From an uncultured Planctomycetia bacterium (GTDB lineage: Bacteria; Omnitrophota; Gorgyraeia; 2-02-FULL-51-18): 64,000 nt of DNA. Location: assembly GCA_964431835.1 (NCBI GenBank), contig CAYSKO010000007.1, positions 8,997-72,996 of the forward strand, read 5' to 3'. Under the pieces are notes generated by a model, which was not told the DNA's origin, made no database searches, and saw only the letters and a program-made list of their open reading frames with translations. This document shows, piece after piece, positions 59,504 through 64,000 of the stretch. The translations under genes and the position numbers were made by a program. Position 1 is the stretch's first letter. Every line of letters begins with the position of its first letter.

Positions 59504-60137
59504 GAGCTTTTTTAAAAAAGAGAAATACCAAGACCCTTCCTTCCCTCCGCTTTTAGATAACGAAATTGAATTTATAAAAAAACTCGACGTAGATTCCGCG
59601 ACTCGATTCATTGAGACGCATGGAAAAAATAAATCCGCTGATGCCAAAGAGCATATCAGGGAAGCAAATCAATTCGAATTCGATATTTGCAATCTTTTAC
59701 TCAAAGGAGCAGGCGCGGCTTTTACATTATATTTTGCTTTGATCGCATATCTGAAGATAACGCCTTCATTTGTACCATTAATTCTTTGGGCTACTTCTGC
59801 GTATTTAGGCATGCTTCATCAGAAGAAATGGTCTCGGAGATTGTTGGGCATTGGTAAAAGAGAAAACTTAATTTCCATGGAAGCGGCACTTCAAATTTTC
59901 AAGCACAACGATGATAGATGTAAGTTCGTGATGCAGGTATTGAAAGAGCAGTTTTTGTACTTAAGCCGCATAACGGCGAAGCAGAGATTAAATCAAGCAG
60001 ACTATAAGTATGTTGTAGTATTCACAGAACTTCCTTTTTTTCTCATAAATTTACAGATTATTTTAGTTATCCTAGGAATTTTTATCGCCGCAACTCAATT
60101 ATTTCCCAACTCAGTAAGCTTAAATGTTGCTAGTTAG
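59502..60137 (+). CDS. Hypothetical membrane protein (two hydrophobic regions flanking a soluble middle segment), low-GC
   Basis: Open frame of 211 codons with an AT-rich composition. The only start is TTG inside the terminator T-run, so the true start may be an internal ATG. No recognisable domain. Confidence 0.35.
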   Translation: MSFFKKEKYQDPSFPPLLDNEIEFIKKLDVDSATRFIETHGKNKSADAKEHIREANQFEFDICNLLLKGAGAAFTLYFALIAYLKITPSFVPLILWATSAYLGMLHQKKWSRRLLGIGKRENLISMEAALQIFKHNDDRCKFVMQVLKEQFLYLSRITAKQRLNQADYKYVVVFTELPFFLINLQIILVILGIFIAATQLFPNSVSLNVAS

Positions 60138-60190
60138 TCGGCCTTAAAACAAAGTCCTGACAACGTCCTTTAAGCAAAAGAAACTGAACG

Positions 60191-60502
60191 ATGAGTGATT
60201 CGTACTCTGTTCTCGGTCTGAAGCCCGGCGCTTCGAAGGATGAGATTCGAGAGGCGTATCGCGATCTCGTGAAGGTTTGGCATCCGGATCGCTTCGCGCA
60301 CGATCCCGTTTTCCAGAAAAAGGCGCAGGAGAATCTCAAACAGATAAACAAGGCGTACGAGGAGCTTTCGAACGGGACGCAGAATCGAGCCGCGTGCGAG
60401 CGGAGCGTCCGCGTGAAAAAGCATCCCCTTCGTCTTCTGCGGGGAGCGCGAGGACTAGCGCCTCAGCCCATGCGTCGAAGCCGCGCGCGAAAGCTTCTGT
60501 GA
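60191..60502 (+). CDS. J-domain (DnaJ-like) protein
   Basis: YSVLGLKPGASKDEIREAYRDLVKVWHPDRF with the HPD motif. The Arg-rich C-terminus may be low-complexity. Confidence 0.7.
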   Translation: MSDSYSVLGLKPGASKDEIREAYRDLVKVWHPDRFAHDPVFQKKAQENLKQINKAYEELSNGTQNRAACERSVRVKKHPLRLLRGARGLAPQPMRRSRARKLL

Positions 60503-60723
60503 TGTCTTCTCAAAAATGCCATTTCGGCGGTTTGGCGCTCATGTGGACACTCTTTGGGCTTTTGGAACTCGGCGCGGTCGGTGTCTATCAAAGCTCGCCG
60601 CCAGCTCCGTCTACGAACGCTGAGGTGGCTCCCTGGACGGAAGTAGATCCGAAGTCGATCCGGCTCGAAGGGCTCGGTCCGATATTGGTTATTTCACGCT
60701 CGGATCAACGAAAGAGAGAGTAA
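60502..60723 (+). CDS. Small single-TM protein translationally coupled to the J-domain gene (TGATG overlap)
   Basis: ATG at 60502 shares the A of the upstream TGA. A hydrophobic helix (HFGGLALMWTLFGLLELGAVGVY) follows. Alternatively it is the frameshifted C-terminus of the J-domain protein. Confidence 0.35.
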   Translation: MSSQKCHFGGLALMWTLFGLLELGAVGVYQSSPPAPSTNAEVAPWTEVDPKSIRLEGLGPILVISRSDQRKRE

Positions 60724-60887
60724 GAAGCGTACAGGGCACTCCCACTAGCATCGTTGGTAACATGTGGTTGTATGGGTTCGATCACGTCTCCTTCGACTCA
60801 AGTGGAAAGGTCGTGGGGTACCGTAATGACTCCGGAAAGCTTAGAGTGCGATGATCGAAGCATCAACGGAGCGAGAAGGCATCTTCC

Positions 60888-60936
60888 CATACCGGACGTC
60901 GTCCCGACCGACCTTTCGGGACGTCGTCCCAAAACC
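60888..60936. repeat. 49-bp direct repeat, copy 1 (CATACCGGACGTCGTCCCGACCGACCTTTCGGGACGTCGTCCCAAAACC), with an internal 7-bp-stem hairpin
   Basis: Identical at 49/49 to the copy at 61536-61584. Confidence 0.85.
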
Positions 60937-61016
60937 CGGGGATACACAACAACTTATAGGAAGTCATCATCCGAACAGACCGGGCGCCGTCTGAGAAGTA
61001 ATTATCGGGGATCAAA

Positions 61017-61496
61017 ATGAAACGACCCATTCCGCTCGTTATGTCCTTCCTCTTGCTTGCTGGCTGCGCCACGATGAGCAGTCTTCCTAAGACTGCAAAC
61101 GACGTCAATTTCGATTCGAAAGAGGGGAAGACGGGCTGGTCCAAATATGAGGAGACGTTCTTCTTCAGGGGTGTGGACAAGCGCACGACGTACCTGGCGG
61201 CAAAGTCCGGGCTTTCGGACGCGGAATTCACCGTGACACAAGCGGATTTCGAGAAGGGATACGCCAAGGGTAAGCACGGCATGACGGCTTACGACTGGAA
61301 CATCGTGGCGGGCGTGTACGTCAAAGAGATAGAGGGTGGCACTCAGGTGAAGATCGTAGTGGAAGGCTCTAAGGACATCGGCTTCATGGGTGACATGACA
61401 GACCAAAGCTGGCCTCAGAAAATTTACAAGGGTATGCGGGACTACGTCCAAGGCGAGTCCTCCATAACGGATCCGAATAAGAAGATCTTTCAATGA
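61017..61496 (+). CDS. Hypothetical lipoprotein (signal peptide MKRPIPLVMSFLLLAGC with lipobox LAGC)
   Basis: Lipobox read directly. 159 aa, bracketed by the 49-bp direct repeats. No recognised domain. Confidence 0.55.
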   Translation: MKRPIPLVMSFLLLAGCATMSSLPKTANDVNFDSKEGKTGWSKYEETFFFRGVDKRTTYLAAKSGLSDAEFTVTQADFEKGYAKGKHGMTAYDWNIVAGVYVKEIEGGTQVKIVVEGSKDIGFMGDMTDQSWPQKIYKGMRDYVQGESSITDPNKKIFQ

Positions 61497-61535
61497 CGAA
61501 TACGGGAAAGACTGTAAATCATCGTCTTGATACTT

Positions 61536-61584
61536 CATACCGGACGTCGTCCCGACCGACCTTTCGGGACGTCGTCCCAAAACC
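61536..61584. repeat. 49-bp direct repeat, copy 2 (identical to 60888-60936)
   Basis: Read directly. Confidence 0.85.
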
Positions 61585-61663
61585 GGATGGATCGGCCCTT
61601 CATTCTGAAAGAGGCGTAAACAATCGCCTTAAATTAACGCTGTTGCCGACTCCGATTCCAGTC

Positions 61664-62332
61664 TCAGAGCGCGTTACTTTTTCCTATATTACAAACGGAG
61701 CAAAGGGTCCTTAGATTTTCAGTCATTGTCGCTCCACCTTTTGACCATGGCTTGATATGGTCAACATGCAAAACAACCGCCGGATCTTTCGCAGGGCTTG
61801 CACCACACATCTTGCAAATACAGTTATCTCGGATCAAAACCATAGCTCTAAGACGCCAATTGATCTTCCTTGGCCACTTTCCATGATTTATTTTAGAATT
61901 TCCGATGTTAGGGGCCACCTCCATCATCTCGGAATTATTCACAAAATCCCCGAATGCTTGCAGAGCCTTGTTCCAGGATCCAAATCGTTTTTCATAAGTG
62001 CCTAGCGCAAATTTTGAAAGACCCGCGGTTTTTTCCATATCTGACCCTACGGGCTGTCTTCCAAGCTTTTGCCAAACATCGGCTAAATTGCCGAACAACG
62101 TCTCTTCCTTGTTATTCGACGTCAGAACAATTCTTAATCCGGCCACCTCTAGCGCTGTATTCCATGCGCCAAATCGTCTAAGAATTGTGGTCTTTCCAAA
62201 TCTGCCCTTTTCATCATAGGCGGCTGCCGTTAAGGTTGTCTGTCCCATGGATTCCGCGACCCTTCGAATGTCGGCCGCCAACTCCTTATTTGGAATATTT
62301 CGCCTTCTAAGGTTAATTTCAAATTTTTTCAT
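61664..62332 (-). CDS. HNH endonuclease with two N-terminal homing-endonuclease-associated repeats
   Basis: HNH motif (HVDHIKPWSKGG...NLRTLCSVCN) and CxxC pairs. Two RFG(S/A)WN(K/T)AL repeat units are typical of HNH-associated repeats. Confidence 0.8.
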   Translation of the reverse strand: MKKFEINLRRRNIPNKELAADIRRVAESMGQTTLTAAAYDEKGRFGKTTILRRFGAWNTALEVAGLRIVLTSNNKEETLFGNLADVWQKLGRQPVGSDMEKTAGLSKFALGTYEKRFGSWNKALQAFGDFVNNSEMMEVAPNIGNSKINHGKWPRKINWRLRAMVLIRDNCICKMCGASPAKDPAVVLHVDHIKPWSKGGATMTENLRTLCSVCNIGKSNAL

Positions 62333-62336
62333 ACGC

Positions 62337-62792
62337 TCAATCCAAAAATGGCTCTATCCATTTTCTAAATAACTTTAACGCATCCGCCGGCACCACAATC
62401 GGGAAATCAACAAGCGCGTCCACGCCATGCGCCATGAAGTCGCGCGTGTTCCAGGTGACAAATGCGGATACTTTTGCCAAATGCGCCGAGCAAAGGATGG
62501 AGGCATCTCCCTTATCTAATTTGTGTAGAAATCGTTTTGCTTGAGTAGCCGTGGGTTCGGGTGCGATTTCCGGAGCGAGGGCTTTTAAAAGTTCGCGGCT
62601 TTTCTCAACCCGAATAGGAAACTTTTTGGATAAGACGCGGTCTATTTCTATAATAACCTCTTCCGAGACAACCATACTGATCGCGCCACCTTCTACGAGA
62701 CGGATAAGCTCTCCCGCCGCACCTTCCGGAGAAAGCAAAGCCGCTATGTAGGTGCTTGTATCAAAGAAGATGCGGTATCTCGGTATGGCCAT
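62337..62792 (-). CDS. vapC: PIN-domain toxin (VapC-like ribonuclease)
   Basis: N-terminal IFFDTS acidic motif and PIN fold conserved acidic residues. It lies immediately downstream of an AbrB-type antitoxin. Confidence 0.8.
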   Translation of the reverse strand: MAIPRYRIFFDTSTYIAALLSPEGAAGELIRLVEGGAISMVVSEEVIIEIDRVLSKKFPIRVEKSRELLKALAPEIAPEPTATQAKRFLHKLDKGDASILCSAHLAKVSAFVTWNTRDFMAHGVDALVDFPIVVPADALKLFRKWIEPFLD

Positions 62793-63038
62793 TTATGAAC
62801 TTTTGCTGTGGCGAATCTTTTTCAGATCCTTTAAAAGCTCATCCAGCGTGATACCTTTCTCTTTGGATTCTTTCACAAACCCCGCTGATGTAGTTTTAAA
62901 TGTAGAGAGCCCTGGGGTAATCAAAATCCCATTTCCCACTTTGGCTACGGACAAAACAGAGTCCTTCGAAAGATGAAGTGACTCCCTGATGCCTGATGGG
63001 ATCGTCACCTGTCCTTTTTCCCTCATTTTGGTTACCAT
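62793..63038 (-). CDS. vapB: AbrB/MazE/SpoVT-type antitoxin (VapB-like)
   Basis: Swapped-hairpin motif (KGQVTIPSGIRESLHL). ATG with SD GGAG, and its stop abuts the vapC start. The track ORF extends further upstream, but the 81-aa form fits the family. Confidence 0.75.
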   Translation of the reverse strand: MVTKMREKGQVTIPSGIRESLHLSKDSVLSVAKVGNGILITPGLSTFKTTSAGFVKESKEKGITLDELLKDLKKIRHSKSS

Positions 63039-63080
63039 TCTTCTTCTCCTATTTTCATACTGATTCCTACTTTCTAACAA

Positions 63081-63109
63081 AGTGTACCACAGATAGGGGT
63101 GGAATTCAA
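63081..63109 (-). promoter_or_regulatory. Candidate promoter for vapB-vapC-HNH on the minus strand: TTGAAT-17 nt-TACACT
   Basis: Reverse complement read directly. It lies about 45 nt upstream of the vapB ATG. Confidence 0.3.
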
Positions 63110-63458
63110 ATAGCAAACCCCTCTGTGCCAATGTGATCGCAAAAGCGGAGGCGTTACTCCCCGTGACACCCTATTTGCAAAACCGGGCCGCGTCGTTCAA
63201 CATAGGAGCTCTGGCGACCCCAGCCGTGCGCCTCTGCGCACGGCACTCCGGAGGCGGCTGTATAAGGGGTCAAGTCTTTCCCTGACTGCATCTGACGCGT
63301 ATCTATCGCAACGCCGTCGAATATCCGAATCCCATGCGACAAGCTTCTTGAAACGAAAGCAGCTTGAGACGATGGTCCTGTAGGACCCCATAAAATTACT
63401 TGTAGGGCCGATGGTGCAAATAATCTTTGAGTTTATTGTTTGTTTCACTGGACGCGCA

Positions 63459-64000
63459 TCAAATAAATATTTTTATTTTATGTTTTCTAGATCGCAACGC
63501 CATAAAAAAACTATAAGCCAAAGTTAAAATAGTTACAGGCAAAACAAATAATAGCGTGGTTCGACCGAATATCGGCAATAGATCGTGGGCTTGAGCGTTC
63601 AGGATCAAATAGATGATATAGAAAAAATAGTAGGCTAAAAAAATAAACCCTTCCCAGCGTGCAATCAGCCGCCCAGTTAAAAATATCGGCAAGCAAGCAA
63701 ACGCGACCGCGATCATGAACGGTAGATCAAAACCGATGAGGGATCGCGCGACGGGGACAGATCCAGCTCCGGACAACAGACCTGTCAGGCCTCCGACACC
63801 TAAAATATTGAATATGTTGCTACCGATGACATTCCCGATTGCAATATCCTTTTCTCCTTTAAGCGTTGCGACGACTGACGTGAAGATCTCCGGAAACGCT
63901 GTCCCTGCCGCGATGATCGTCAGCGAGATCACTAGATCGCTAACCCCGTACGCCTTAGCAATGGCTACAGCTCCCAATATCAGTCTATTGGACCCGAAAA
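63459..64000 (-). CDS. CaCA-family cation/calcium antiporter (YrbG-like), C-terminal half; the gene continues beyond the window end
   Basis: Alpha-2 repeat motif (GNVIGSNIFNIL) and multiple TM helices. AT-rich composition unlike the core genome. Confidence 0.7.
   Translation of the reverse strand, partial: FGSNRLILGAVAIAKAYGVSDLVISLTIIAAGTAFPEIFTSVVATLKGEKDIAIGNVIGSNIFNILGVGGLTGLLSGAGSVPVARSLIGFDLPFMIAVAFACLPIFLTGRLIARWEGFIFLAYYFFYIIYLILNAQAHDLLPIFGRTTLLFVLPVTILTLAYSFFMALRSRKHKIKIFI

Noticed and set aside
60370-60510. Calling the J-domain locus a pseudogene outright
   Set aside because: The TGATG overlap gives an equally valid two-gene coupled reading. Without read-level data a frameshift cannot be asserted, so it is kept as alternatives in the findings.
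60754-61020. 88-aa ORF covering direct-repeat copy 1, and the 73-aa ORF 61493-61714 covering copy 2
   Set aside because: Both are essentially translations through the 49-bp repeats, with no SD and an Arg/Ser-rich composition. The repeats are more likely DNA or RNA elements than coding.
60888-61584. Possibility that the two 49-bp repeats are a minimal CRISPR array
   Set aside because: There are only two copies, separated by 599 bp (far longer than spacers), and the intervening DNA encodes a lipoprotein. No cas genes are present and no further repeat units.

Overview
GC-rich (about 65%) bacterial chromosomal segment from a diderm organism (LptD, lipoproteins). Genes are packed almost entirely on the + strand, often with 4-nt stop/start overlaps. 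Through about 59.4 kb the content is core housekeeping, in this order: the tail of a two-component pair, a beta-carbonic-anhydrase-like gene, an aminotransferase, miaB-TPR-miaA-hflX (no hfq), a PAS histidine kinase, and a canonical heat-shock locus (sigma-70-like promoter + perfect CIRCE operator, hrcA-grpE-dnaK, an intrinsic terminator/attenuator, then dnaJ). Next come FmdB/VanZ/DUF1015/GT2, accD behind a strong 11-bp hairpin, a sugar ABC ATPase, two tandem GAF-GGDEF diguanylate cyclases, ROK kinase and lptD. A large nucleotide-sugar/polysaccharide cluster follows (ugd, rmlA-like, rmlB, rmlD, epimerases, UDP-GlcNAc dehydrogenase, UXS-like decarboxylase, GT2, later rmlC), cut by an AT-rich seam carrying a 24-bp inverted repeat and a 16-bp tandem duplication. 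The remainder of the core block is tal-pgi, rnd, gatCAB, ctpA, tsaD, polA, glgA, coaE, rho, rpmE, prfA-prmC-murA, rpsP-trmD-rplS-rnhB (rimM absent) and guaA. Three genes (the beta-CA-like gene, the ROK kinase and gatC) sit 7-8 nt downstream of strong -10 hexamers with no Shine-Dalgarno, which suggests leaderless mRNAs. After the guaA terminator, composition drops sharply (about 40-55% GC) into an accessory islet that runs past the window end. It holds a hypothetical membrane protein, a J-domain protein translationally coupled (TGATG) to a tiny TM protein, and a lipoprotein gene bracketed by identical 49-bp direct repeats that contain a hairpin. On the minus strand it holds a tightly coupled vapB-vapC-HNH operon (AbrB-type antitoxin, PIN toxin, and an HNH nuclease with two homing-endonuclease-associated repeats), followed by a low-GC CaCA antiporter fragment. 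The vapBC-HNH module with its repeat-bracketed neighbour is the best candidate for an undescribed mobile or defence-type system in this window. I found no tRNA, rRNA, CRISPR array, integrase or transposase.
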